From positions 6,566 through 70,565 of the forward strand of contig CANRMJ010000003.1 of assembly GCA_947631705.1 (NCBI GenBank): 64,000 nt of DNA, given 5' to 3'. This document shows positions 8,903-18,428 of the stretch, piece after piece. The position numbers and the translations under genes were made by a program. The notes beneath the pieces were generated by a model, which worked only from the letters and a program-made list of their open reading frames with translations, was not told the DNA's origin and ran no database searches. This stretch comes from an uncultured Clostridia bacterium. GTDB taxonomy: Bacteria > Bacillota > Clostridia > Oscillospirales > Acutalibacteraceae. Every line of letters starts with the position of its first letter. Position 1 is the stretch's first letter.

Positions 8903-8922
8903 GAAAGGCTATGTGAATCATT
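8903..8922 (+). repeat. Partial copy of the repeat-A 3' end (GAAAGGCTATGTGAAT) forming the pyrH-frr spacer
   Basis: The 16-nt string GAAAGGCTATGTGAAT is identical to 11277-11292 and differs by 1 nt from 3327-3342. In all three cases it ends 4 nt before an ATG start. Confidence 0.55.
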
Positions 8923-9477
8923 ATGGAAGCTCTGTTTAGTAAAACTAAAGAAAAAATGGAAAAATGTTTGGATTCTCTTGAAAGGAACTACAAGGCGGTT
9001 CGCGCGGGAAGGGCAAATCCGGCAGTGCTCGACAGAATATCTGTTGAATATTACGGCAGTCCCACACCGCTCAATCAGATGGCGGCAATCAGTGTTCCTG
9101 AGCCGAGAGTGCTTATGATTCAGCCGTGGGACGCGTCTACGCTGAAAGATATTGAGCGCGCCATCAACACCTCTGATATCGGGATTAATCCAAGCAACGA
9201 CGGAAAGGTTATTCGCCTTGTTTTTCCGCAGCTCAACGAGGAACGCCGTAAGGAGCTTGTTAAAGAAATTTCCAAACGTGCCGAAGAGGCAAAGGTTGCA
9301 ATACGCAACGTACGCCGCGACGCTATGGATGATTTAAAAAAGCTTAAAAAAGACAGTCAGATAACAGAAGACGATCAGAAAGACGGCGAAAAGAAACTTC
9401 AGGAAATCACAGACAACTACGTTAAACAAACTGAAGAGATGGAAAAGAAAAAAGAACAGGAAATCATTTCTATCTAA
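8923..9477 (+). CDS. frr: Ribosome recycling factor
   Basis: 184 aa with the typical Frr sequence (RAGRANPAVLDRI.VEYYG, NPSNDG..IR). The pyrH-frr-uppS-cdsA synteny supports the call. Confidence 0.95.
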   Translation: MEALFSKTKEKMEKCLDSLERNYKAVRAGRANPAVLDRISVEYYGSPTPLNQMAAISVPEPRVLMIQPWDASTLKDIERAINTSDIGINPSNDGKVIRLVFPQLNEERRKELVKEISKRAEEAKVAIRNVRRDAMDDLKKLKKDSQITEDDQKDGEKKLQEITDNYVKQTEEMEKKKEQEIISI

Positions 9478-9541
9478 CCGATTTTTAAAGAGGCGGAGGA
9501 TAATGCACCTCCGCCATTCTCTCGTTAAAGGAGTGAAATAA

Positions 9542-10258
9542 ATGGCTTTATTCGCAAAAAAAAGTCAAAAAACGGCTGAGTTTTCCGTGCTGCCGAATCA
9601 TTTAGGAATAATAATGGACGGCAACGGAAGATGGGCTAAAAAACGCGGACTTCCAAGAACTGCCGGTCATAAGGCGGGCGCTGAGGTTTTTAAAAAAATC
9701 TCTAAGGAATGCGAAAATCTCGGAATCAAAGAGGTTACTTTCTATGCGTTTTCAACCGAAAATTGGAAAAGACCTAAAGAAGAGGTTGACACACTGATGA
9801 ATCTTTTTCACGATTTTCTTTTAGAAGCAAAAGCAGATATGGAAGCAAGCGGAAATATAATAGTTAAATTTGTGGGCGAAAGAAACGGAATATCTTCAGA
9901 ACTGCTTGAGCTTATGGACGACGCGGAGCGCGAAACATCAAAAAGAAACGGCACGCTGATAAACGTTGCTGTTAATTACGGCGGGCGGCAGGAAATCGTT
10001 TCTGCCGTAAACAGATTGATTTCACAGGGCAAGACAGAAATCACAGAAGACGATATAAGCCGAAATGTTTATACATCGCCGGATTGCGACTTGATAATAA
10101 GACCGAGCGGCGAGGAAAGGCTTTCAAATTTCCTTTTGTGGCAGGCCGCTTACAGCGAATTTTGGTACAGCGATGTTTTGTGGCCCGATTTCAGCGAAAA
10201 AGATTTGCATACTGCGCTTTCGGAATTTGAAAAGCGAAACCGAAGATTCGGAGGATAA
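9542..10258 (+). CDS. uppS: Undecaprenyl diphosphate synthase (cis-prenyltransferase)
   Basis: Motifs HLGIIMDGNGRWA, FSTENWKRP and RLSNFLLWQ. Confidence 0.95.
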   Translation: MALFAKKSQKTAEFSVLPNHLGIIMDGNGRWAKKRGLPRTAGHKAGAEVFKKISKECENLGIKEVTFYAFSTENWKRPKEEVDTLMNLFHDFLLEAKADMEASGNIIVKFVGERNGISSELLELMDDAERETSKRNGTLINVAVNYGGRQEIVSAVNRLISQGKTEITEDDISRNVYTSPDCDLIIRPSGEERLSNFLLWQAAYSEFWYSDVLWPDFSEKDLHTALSEFEKRNRRFGG

Positions 10259-10262
10259 GAAT

Positions 10263-11129
10263 ATGAAACAGAGAGTTATAACGGCAATAATTCTGCTTTG
10301 CGTGCTCGCACTTGTTGTGTGGCAGATAGACACGCCTGTTATGGTTGCGCTTGTTGCGTTTTTATCGGCAGTTGCGTCTAATGAAATAATGAGATGCGCA
10401 AAGGTTAGCAACAAATTTATATTAACGGTCGGCACGGCATTTTCAGCCGCAGTTCCGTTTTTCGCAAGTCCTGTTGCACTTTCTCCGCTTGTTTCTCCCG
10501 AAATATGGGATAAGGTTATCAGCTTTGCTCCCCAGTCGGTTTATGTAATTCTGCTTGTATTGGTATTTCTCCTTGCAATGCTCAAGGGTTATTCGCACAC
10601 CTCGTTTGAGCATGTTGCCGTTTCCGTGTTTGCGAGTGTGCTTGTTCCGTTTGCCTTTTCAATTTTTGTAAGGCTGCGCGATATGTTTTTGAACGAGCAA
10701 TTTGGGATATATCTCATTTTCTTCGCTCTAATCTGTGCTCTCGGAACAGACAGCGGCGCGCAGCTTGGAGGAATGGCATTCGGGAAACACAAAATGAGCC
10801 CGAATATCAGCCCTAAAAAGACTGTTGAGGGCGCCGCGTGCGGAATTATTTTTTCCTTGATTTTAAACGCTGTGGCATTTATTCTGTATAATCACTTTGC
10901 GAATTACAGAATTGATAAGGCAGGCACCACGATTCTGATATTGTGCAGCGTTCCTGTTTCAATAATGGGAATGATGGGCGATCTCAGCGCGTCTGTTTTA
11001 AAAAGGAATTTCGGCGTTAAGGATTTCGGAAAAATTTTCCCGGGTCACGGCGGTGTTATGGACAGATTCGATTCGGTTCTTTTTACACTCCCGCTCACTT
11101 ACGTTATAGCGCTTGTAGCTTTTTGTTGA
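10263..11129 (+). CDS. cdsA: Phosphatidate cytidylyltransferase
   Basis: Multi-TM protein with the CdsA signature GDLSASVLKRNFGVKDFGKIFPGHGGVMDRFDS. The ATG at 10263 (GGAGG 8 nt upstream) is preferred to the track start at 10173, which overlaps uppS. Confidence 0.9.
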   Translation: MKQRVITAIILLCVLALVVWQIDTPVMVALVAFLSAVASNEIMRCAKVSNKFILTVGTAFSAAVPFFASPVALSPLVSPEIWDKVISFAPQSVYVILLVLVFLLAMLKGYSHTSFEHVAVSVFASVLVPFAFSIFVRLRDMFLNEQFGIYLIFFALICALGTDSGAQLGGMAFGKHKMSPNISPKKTVEGAACGIIFSLILNAVAFILYNHFANYRIDKAGTTILILCSVPVSIMGMMGDLSASVLKRNFGVKDFGKIFPGHGGVMDRFDSVLFTLPLTYVIALVAFC

Positions 11130-11135
11130 GGTAAA

Positions 11136-11295
11136 TAGTGTGAAAAATCACACTATATCCGATTATAATGCCCTCAAAATTTGCCTATGGCATAATTTTG
11201 AGATGGCTAAATTCACATAACGCCTTGTCCGGCCACAGAAAGGGTTATTGTGATTTAAAATGCTATTTGTGGCTGGAAAGGCTATGTGAATTAAT
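11136..11295 (+). repeat. Intergenic repeat family A, copy 2. It fills the whole cdsA-dxr spacer.
   Basis: See copy 1. Its hairpins are ATAGTGTGA/TCACACTAT, CTCAAAATT/AATTTTGAG (with TGCCTATGGCA inside) and AATTCACAT/ATGTGAATT. The last arm lies between the AGAAAGG-like SD and the dxr ATG. Confidence 0.8.
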
Positions 11296-12441
11296 ATGAA
11301 AAATTTATCAATACTCGGCTCAACAGGTTCAATCGGAACGCAGTCGCTCGATGTTTGCCGTATGCACGGCTACAAGGTAAAATGCCTAACCGCAAATTCA
11401 AATGTTGATTTAATGGAACGTCAGGTTCGCGAATTTTCTCCCGAGCTTGTATGTATGATGGATGAAAAGGCAGCGAATGAACTGAAAGTTAAGATTGCGG
11501 ACACAGCAACAAAAGTTTTGTGCGGTATGCCGGGACTGATTGAATGCGCTGTTTATAAAGGCGCGGACACCGTTTTGAATTCGGTTGTGGGAATGATTGG
11601 GCTGCGCCCGACAATTGAGGCGATCAAAGCTAAAAAAACGATTGCGCTTGCGAACAAGGAAACGCTTGTTGCGGGAGGAAATCTTGTTACTAATCTCGCA
11701 AAGGAATACGGTGTTTCAATTTTGCCTGTGGACAGTGAACACTCGGCAATTTTTCAGGCTTTGCAGGGCAGTCCGCGCAAAGAGGCTGTGAAAAAAATAA
11801 TTCTTACCGCTTCGGGAGGACCTTTTTTCGGCAAAAAGGAAGATGAGCTCCGCGAAGTAACTGCCGCGGACGCGCTTGAACATCCCAATTGGAACATGGG
11901 CGCAAAGATAACGATAGATTCCGCTACTATGATGAATAAGGGGCTTGAATTTATAGAGGCTAAATGGCTTTTCGATATGCCGAATGAGAATATAGAAATT
12001 GTTGTTCATCGAGAATCCGTTGTTCATTCCGCCATAGTTTATCAGGATAATTCAATGATAGCCCAGCTTGGAGTTCCCGATATGCGGATTCCCATTCAGT
12101 ATGCTCTCACGTATCCCGAGCGGCTGCCGAGCCCCGTTTTTGAGCTTTCGCTCACCGATTACGGCAGGTTAACCTTTTATGAGCCCGATTATGATACTTT
12201 TAAGTGTATAGATGTTTGCAGGCGGGCGATAAAGGCGGGCGGACTTCACCCCGCGGCAGCTAACGGCGCTAATGAAGAAAGTGTTAAACTTTTTCTTCAG
12301 GGTAAAATTAAATTTACCGATATTGCATATCTTAATGATGAGGCAATGCAGAAAGCTCCGAAAAATAAAAATTTCACCCTTGACGATGTTCTGAATACAG
12401 ACAGGGCGGCAAGGGAATATGTTAAAGAGGCGGTTAAGTGA
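11296..12441 (+). CDS. dxr: 1-deoxy-D-xylulose 5-phosphate reductoisomerase
   Basis: ILGSTGSIGTQSLDV, LANKE.LV and PVDSEHSAIFQ are classical Dxr motifs. Confidence 0.95.
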   Translation: MKNLSILGSTGSIGTQSLDVCRMHGYKVKCLTANSNVDLMERQVREFSPELVCMMDEKAANELKVKIADTATKVLCGMPGLIECAVYKGADTVLNSVVGMIGLRPTIEAIKAKKTIALANKETLVAGGNLVTNLAKEYGVSILPVDSEHSAIFQALQGSPRKEAVKKIILTASGGPFFGKKEDELREVTAADALEHPNWNMGAKITIDSATMMNKGLEFIEAKWLFDMPNENIEIVVHRESVVHSAIVYQDNSMIAQLGVPDMRIPIQYALTYPERLPSPVFELSLTDYGRLTFYEPDYDTFKCIDVCRRAIKAGGLHPAAANGANEESVKLFLQGKIKFTDIAYLNDEAMQKAPKNKNFTLDDVLNTDRAAREYVKEAVK

Positions 12442-13478
12442 ATTTAACATCTGTTTGGAACACGGTTTACCCCATAATTATTGCGGTTCTGTTTTTTGAG
12501 CTTATTATAATAATTCACGAGGGCGGTCATTTTGTTGCCGCCAGACTTATGAAAATTAAAGTCAACGAATTTTCAATAGGAATGGGACCAAAGGTCTTTT
12601 CGTTTAAAAAGGGCGAAACCACTTATTCTTTGAGATGGATTTTATTCGGCGGTTACTGTTCTATGGAGGGTGAAAGTGAGGATTCCGATGAGGAAGGCTC
12701 ATTTTCAAAAAAGAGAGTTGCGGCACGCATATTTGTTGTTGCGGCGGGCGCTGTTATGAATCTCATTCTCGGATTTGTTATTGTGCTCTGTATAATAAAC
12801 ACGCAGGATTTAGTGGGCACCACCACCGTGGCTCGATTTGACGATAATGCCGTCAGTTATTCAAGCGGTCTGCGCGAGGGCGATAAAATCATCAATATAG
12901 ACGGTATGCGTATTTATACTCCCACAGATGTGCAAACCGGTCTTTCACGCTCGGCAGACGACACGGTTGAAATGGTTGTTGAAAGAGACGGCGAAAACGT
13001 AGAGTTAAATGTTGCTTTTCTAACAGAAACATATGAATCACATCAGTTTATATCTATGGATTTCTGGCTTTTGGGCACGGAAAAAAGCTTTGTCAGCGTT
13101 ATATCAAGCAGTTTCAACAATTTTATTTCATATGCGCGAATGGTTTTCCTTTCCGTTCATGATATAATAGTGGGCAGATACGGCCTTTCCGATCTCAGCG
13201 GACCGGTGGGCGCCGTTTCGGTGGTTTCAGACGCCGTCAAAACAAGTATGTTATCTATGCTGAGAATAATGGCGCTGCTTACTATAAATGTGGGGCTTTT
13301 TAATCTTTTCCCGATACCCGCGCTTGACGGCTGGCGTTTGTTTTTGCTGATTGCCGAAGGAATCACAAGGCGCAAACTGCCTCCGAAATGGGAATATATT
13401 ATAAACGCCGTTGGTCTTGCTCTGTTGCTTATACTGATGTTTTTTGTTACTTTTTCGGATATAACAAAGTTATTTTAG
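12438..13478 (+). CDS. rseP: RIP metalloprotease RseP/RasP family (M50 site-2 protease with PDZ domain)
   Basis: HEGGHF (HExxH) lies in TM1, a PDZ-like segment (GLREGDKIINIDG) is central, and the C-terminal motif is NLFPIPALDG. The start overlaps dxr by 4 nt (GTGA). Confidence 0.9.
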   Translation: MNLTSVWNTVYPIIIAVLFFELIIIIHEGGHFVAARLMKIKVNEFSIGMGPKVFSFKKGETTYSLRWILFGGYCSMEGESEDSDEEGSFSKKRVAARIFVVAAGAVMNLILGFVIVLCIINTQDLVGTTTVARFDDNAVSYSSGLREGDKIINIDGMRIYTPTDVQTGLSRSADDTVEMVVERDGENVELNVAFLTETYESHQFISMDFWLLGTEKSFVSVISSSFNNFISYARMVFLSVHDIIVGRYGLSDLSGPVGAVSVVSDAVKTSMLSMLRIMALLTINVGLFNLFPIPALDGWRLFLLIAEGITRRKLPPKWEYIINAVGLALLLILMFFVTFSDITKLF

Positions 13479-13494
13479 ATTTTATAGGTGAATT

Positions 13495-14547
13495 ATGATT
13501 AAGAGAAGAGAAACTAAGAAAATAAAACTCGGAAACACTTTTATAGGCGGCGATTCGCCGATACTCGTTCAATCAATGCTAAATATTCCCGCGTCTGATA
13601 TAGAACGCTCGGTTGAGCAGGCTAAGGAGCTTGCCGCGGCAGGCTGTGAGGTTATCCGTTTCGCGATACCGAACGAGGCGGCTCTCAATCTCATTGAGCC
13701 TATTAAAAACGCCGTGGATACGCCGCTTGTTGCCGACATACATTTTGATTACAGGCTCGCGATAGGAGCGGCGGAACGCGGAATAGACAAAATAAGAATA
13801 AATCCCGGAAATATCGGCGATGAGTCAAGAGTCAAAGCCGTTGCCGATATTTGCAAGAGAAAAGGACTTCCTATAAGAATAGGCGTAAACAGCGGCAGTC
13901 TTGAAAAGGAAATACTTGCAAAGTATGGCTCTCCCACTCCTGACGCAATGGTTGAGTCGGCGCTTTATCACGCCTCACTTCTTGAAAAATTCGATTTTAA
14001 CGATATTGTTATTTCAATTAAATCGTCTGATGTAAACACGATGATAGCCACATATGAGCTTGCCGCCGAAAAATGCAGTTATCCGCTGCACCTCGGGGTA
14101 ACCGAGGCGGGAACCGAAAGAATGGGTATTATTAAATCGGCAGTCGGTATAGGCTCACTTCTAACCAAAGGTATCGGCGACACGATTAGGGTCAGCCTTT
14201 CGGACGCTCCTGTAAAAGAAGTTTTTGCGGCGTTTGATATACTTAAAGCCATAGGGCTTAAAAATGATTGTCCATATCTTATTTCATGCCCCACCTGCGG
14301 CAGAACTAAAATAGATTTAATAGGTCTTGCGAAGCGGGTAGAAGAAAGACTGAAAGATTGCAAAAAGCCTATCAAAGTTGCCGTTATGGGTTGTATTGTA
14401 AACGGTCCCGGAGAGGCAAAAGAGGCAGATATAGGAATTGCCGGCGGAGACGGAAGCGGGCTTATTTTTAAAAAGGGCGAAATACTAAGAAAAGTGCCCG
14501 AGGATAAGCTTCTTGAAGAATTGATGAAAGAGATAGATAAACTGTAA
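13495..14547 (+). CDS. ispG: 4-hydroxy-3-methylbut-2-en-1-yl diphosphate synthase
   Basis: Motifs VQSM.N, RINPGNIG and the Cys triad CPTCGR...GC.VNGPGE. Confidence 0.95.
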   Translation: MIKRRETKKIKLGNTFIGGDSPILVQSMLNIPASDIERSVEQAKELAAAGCEVIRFAIPNEAALNLIEPIKNAVDTPLVADIHFDYRLAIGAAERGIDKIRINPGNIGDESRVKAVADICKRKGLPIRIGVNSGSLEKEILAKYGSPTPDAMVESALYHASLLEKFDFNDIVISIKSSDVNTMIATYELAAEKCSYPLHLGVTEAGTERMGIIKSAVGIGSLLTKGIGDTIRVSLSDAPVKEVFAAFDILKAIGLKNDCPYLISCPTCGRTKIDLIGLAKRVEERLKDCKKPIKVAVMGCIVNGPGEAKEADIGIAGGDGSGLIFKKGEILRKVPEDKLLEELMKEIDKL

Positions 14548-17500
14548 TGAATTTATTTAAAGATTATTTTAGCAATAATGTTGAAAATTATCAGCTCTCC
14601 TGCCTCGGAGACGGTGTTATCACACATTTCTCCGTGAAAAGAGATGATAGGGAACTGCTGATTGTTTTAAATCTTCCGGAGCTTGTTGAGTATTCGGAGA
14701 TAGTAACTGCGGAAAACAGCATTGCCGAAAGTATGAATTTGAAAAAGGTTTCCATAAAGCCAAGGTATCTCAGCGAACTTTTTGAAACCTCGTATTTCGG
14801 CTCTGTTATTGAATATGTTAAAAGAAAAAACAGCGCTGCCAACGGCTTTTTTGAAAACGCGGATGTGAATCTTGACGGGGACAAGCTCACGATAAGTTTG
14901 AAAAACGGCGGATTTGATATTCTCAGCAGTCAGAAAATTCCCGAGCTTATAGAAGAAACAATTTCTGATATGTTCGGTCTTTCTCTTAAAGCCGAGCTGA
15001 TTGAAACAAAAGCCTTTGATATGGAAAAGGCGGTTAAAGAGGCTGTTGCCGAAAGAGCGGAGCAGGAGTCTTTGAAAAATGAGAATGAGCCCGTGAAACA
15101 CAAGCTGCTTGGAAATCTCCCGATTTACATAGACACGGCAAAGGTTATATTCGGCAATACTATACGCGATGATCCTGTGCCGATTGAAAGCGTCAGCATA
15201 GAGGACGGCACCATAACTGTTTGGGGCGATATACTGAAAACCGAGTCAAAGGACACCCGCAAAGGCGATTTTACTATTTTTACGTTTGATATAACGGACT
15301 ACACCTCATCGCTGACTGTTAAAATGTTTGAAAACAAGAGTGCGCTTTCGCGTGTTATCAGCAAGATTGAGAATGCTAAAACAGTTATTGTGAGAGGCAG
15401 CTACAAGCTTGATAAATTTTCAAACGAATATATGGTTACGCCATTTTCTATTGAAACGGTTTTAAAAGCGGAAAAAGAGGATGATGCTGAAGAAAAGCGC
15501 GTTGAGCTGCATATGCATACTTCGCTTTCAATGATGGACGGTGTTTCACCGCCTTCAGCGCTTGTTAAAAGAGCTGCCGCGTGGGGTCACCGTGCCGTTG
15601 CGATAACAGACCACGGTGTTGTTCAGGCATTGCCCGAGGCTTATGCGGCGGCAAAAGCAGCCGGCATAAAACTTATCTGCGGTATGGAGGGATATCTTGT
15701 TGACGATATAAAGTATCCCGATTTTATGAATATGAAGGCGCACAGCTTTAAGCGCTATCATATCATTTTCCTTATAAAAACGCCGGAGGGCAGAAAAACG
15801 CTTTATAAGCATATTTCGGCAAGTAATATTAAGTATTTTAAAAGCAGACCGCTAATTCCTAAATCAGCTCTTTCGGAGCACAGAAACGGTTTGATAATCG
15901 GTTCTGCCTGCGAGCAGGGAGAGGTTTATCAGGCTATTCTTGAGGAGAAAAGCGATGAAGAGCTTGAAAAAATTGCGTCCTTTTACGATTATCTTGAAAT
16001 TCAGCCAAACGGAAACAATGAATTTATGCTGCGCACTGGCAGCGAGGAATATGTGCTAAGCAAAAAGGGTGAAGAGAGAAAAAATATCTACTGGAAGGTA
16101 AACACAACCGAAGATTTAATAAATATAAATAAAAAAATAATCGCTCTTGCGGACAAACTCGGAAAGATGACCGTGGCGACAGGAGATGTTCATTTTCTTG
16201 ATGAAACAGACTCTAAATTCCGCGCTATTATTATGCACTCAATGCATTTTGAGGACGCGGATAAACAGGCGCCTCTGTATTTCAAAACCACGCGGGAAAT
16301 GCTTGACGATTTTGCTTGGGCGGGCGACAGAGCAAAAGAATTTGTTATTGATAATCCTAACAGAATTGCGGATATGACAGAAGATATTCCTCCAATTCCG
16401 CCGGGAACGTTTCAGCCGCATATTGACGGCGCTGAAGATGAATTGCGTGAAATCTGCTATAAAAACGCAAAGGAAAAATACGGAGATCCCTTGCCCGATG
16501 AAGTGGGACCGCGCCTTGAAAAAGAGCTTGATTCGATTATTAAACACGGCTACGCGGTGCTCTATGTTATAGCGAAAAGACTTGTTGAAAATTCCGTTAA
16601 AAACGGTTATCTTGTTGGTTCCCGTGGTTCTGTAGGTTCTTCACTTGTGGCGCATTTAAGCGGCATATCTGAGGTCAATCCTCTCGCGCCGCATTACGTT
16701 TGCCCGAAGTGCAGAAACAGTGAATTCATAACAAATGGCTCCGTTGGTTCGGGATTTGATTTAAAGCCGAAAAACTGCCCAATATGCGGCGAAGCCATGA
16801 ACAGAGACGGTCACGAAATTCCGTTTGAAACGTTTTTGGGATTTGACGGTGATAAGGAGCCTGATATAGACCTTAATTTCAGCGGTGATTTTCAGTCGCA
16901 GTCTCACAGATTCACAGAGGAGCTTTTCGGAAAAACGCACGTTTTCAAAGCTGGAACAATATCAACCGTTGCCGATAAAACGGCATACGGATTTGTAAAA
17001 AAATATCTTGAGGAAAAGGGAATGACCGTTAGCCGTGCGGAAGAGGACAGGCTCACTGTGGGCTGTACGGGTATAAAGCGCACAACAGGTCAGCACCCCG
17101 GCGGAATGGTTGTGGTTCCGAGCGAATACGAGGCAGAGGATTTTACGCCGATACAGTATCCGTCGGACGATGCGTCAAAGGGAACGCTAACAACTCATTT
17201 TGATTTTAAAAACGCGCTGCATGATACTCTGCTGAAGCTTGATGAGCTCGGTCACGATGTGCCGACTTTGTATAAATTTCTTGAAGACGCCACGGGTATA
17301 TCCGCTATGGATGTTGATATATGCGATCCAAAGCTCTACGAGATGATAACGTCAACGGAACCGATAGGTGTTAAGCCAAAGGATATAGACTGCCAAACGG
17401 GCACTCTTTCAATACCAGAAATGGGCACGCCGTTTGTTATCGGAATGCTTGTTGAGGCGCAGCCGAAAACCTTTTCGGATTTATTGCAGATTTCGGGTCT

Positions 17501-18338
17501 TTCTCACGGAACGGATGTATGGCTCGGAAACGCTCAGGATTTAATTAAAAACAGAGTGTGCACGATTTCCGATGTTATAGGCTGCCGTGACGGAATTATG
17601 ACTTATCTTATTCACAAAGCGGATGAATATGAAAGAACGACGGGTAAAAAATCTCCGCTTTCCAAAAAAGACTGCTTTAAAATTATGGAATACACGCGAA
17701 AGGGAAAGGCATCTAAAGAACTGCCTCCTTATGAGCAGAATATGAAAACGATAGGCGTTGAGCAGTGGTACATAGATTCCTGCTACAAAATCAAATATAT
17801 GTTCCCAAAAGCTCATGCCGCCGCGTATGTTATTGCCGCGCTCAGACTCGGGTGGTATAAAATTTATTACCCAATAGAATATTACAGTGCGTTTTTCACG
17901 GTTCGCGGAGGCGACCTTGACGCGGTTGCCGCAGTTGCGGGAAAATCGGCTGTTAAACAGAGAATGGAAGAAATAAGCAAAAAACGTGAAGACGGCACAG
18001 CTACCGCAAAAGAGCTTGATACATATGTTATTTTGCAGATAGTTATAGAAATGCTTTGCAGGGGAATAGAATTTCTGCCTGTTGATTTGTATAAATCCGA
18101 TTGGCGCGTTTACAAAATCGAAAACGGGAAAATCAGACTTCCGTTTTCGGCAATTTCCGGCATAGGCGAGAACGCCGCTAAATCACTTGCGGACGCCGTA
18201 AACGACGGGAACGGTGATTTTCTTTCCTGCGACGACCTTATGGAGCGCGCGCATATAGGCGCAAGCGTGGTGGAATCGCTCAGAGAGTGCGGAGCAATAG
18301 GAAATTTGCCGACCAGCAACCAAATATCCTTGTTTTAA
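14547..18338 (+). CDS. polC: DNA polymerase III PolC-type, without the 3'-5' exonuclease insertion
   Basis: Collinear by eye with Bacillus PolC: OB region (ITDYTSSLTVKMF), PHP (RVELHMHTSLSMMDG, ITDHG), Zn module (CPKC...CPICG), palm/fingers (GSRGSVGSS, GQHPGG, KIKYMFPKAHAAAY) and C-terminal QISLF. Between GMEGYLVDD and YHIIFL (nt ~15681-15770) only about 20 aa are present, where PolC normally carries the DEDD exonuclease domain. Confidence 0.9.
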   Translation: MNLFKDYFSNNVENYQLSCLGDGVITHFSVKRDDRELLIVLNLPELVEYSEIVTAENSIAESMNLKKVSIKPRYLSELFETSYFGSVIEYVKRKNSAANGFFENADVNLDGDKLTISLKNGGFDILSSQKIPELIEETISDMFGLSLKAELIETKAFDMEKAVKEAVAERAEQESLKNENEPVKHKLLGNLPIYIDTAKVIFGNTIRDDPVPIESVSIEDGTITVWGDILKTESKDTRKGDFTIFTFDITDYTSSLTVKMFENKSALSRVISKIENAKTVIVRGSYKLDKFSNEYMVTPFSIETVLKAEKEDDAEEKRVELHMHTSLSMMDGVSPPSALVKRAAAWGHRAVAITDHGVVQALPEAYAAAKAAGIKLICGMEGYLVDDIKYPDFMNMKAHSFKRYHIIFLIKTPEGRKTLYKHISASNIKYFKSRPLIPKSALSEHRNGLIIGSACEQGEVYQAILEEKSDEELEKIASFYDYLEIQPNGNNEFMLRTGSEEYVLSKKGEERKNIYWKVNTTEDLININKKIIALADKLGKMTVATGDVHFLDETDSKFRAIIMHSMHFEDADKQAPLYFKTTREMLDDFAWAGDRAKEFVIDNPNRIADMTEDIPPIPPGTFQPHIDGAEDELREICYKNAKEKYGDPLPDEVGPRLEKELDSIIKHGYAVLYVIAKRLVENSVKNGYLVGSRGSVGSSLVAHLSGISEVNPLAPHYVCPKCRNSEFITNGSVGSGFDLKPKNCPICGEAMNRDGHEIPFETFLGFDGDKEPDIDLNFSGDFQSQSHRFTEELFGKTHVFKAGTISTVADKTAYGFVKKYLEEKGMTVSRAEEDRLTVGCTGIKRTTGQHPGGMVVVPSEYEAEDFTPIQYPSDDASKGTLTTHFDFKNALHDTLLKLDELGHDVPTLYKFLEDATGISAMDVDICDPKLYEMITSTEPIGVKPKDIDCQTGTLSIPEMGTPFVIGMLVEAQPKTFSDLLQISGLSHGTDVWLGNAQDLIKNRVCTISDVIGCRDGIMTYLIHKADEYERTTGKKSPLSKKDCFKIMEYTRKGKASKELPPYEQNMKTIGVEQWYIDSCYKIKYMFPKAHAAAYVIAALRLGWYKIYYPIEYYSAFFTVRGGDLDAVAAVAGKSAVKQRMEEISKKREDGTATAKELDTYVILQIVIEMLCRGIEFLPVDLYKSDWRVYKIENGKIRLPFSAISGIGENAAKSLADAVNDGNGDFLSCDDLMERAHIGASVVESLRECGAIGNLPTSNQISLF

Positions 18339-18360
18339 TCGGATTTCTCTTTATTTTGTG

Positions 18361-18389
18361 TTGACATTGGTAATTTAATATGGTAGCAT
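18361..18389 (+). promoter_or_regulatory. Putative sigma-A promoter of the his operon
   Basis: TTGACA, 17 nt, then TAGCAT preceded by TGg (extended -10). It lies about 40 nt upstream of hisZG. Confidence 0.4.
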
Positions 18390-18428
18390 ATTACCGCGTT
18401 AATACACTAAAGCGTTTAGGTGAAAATT

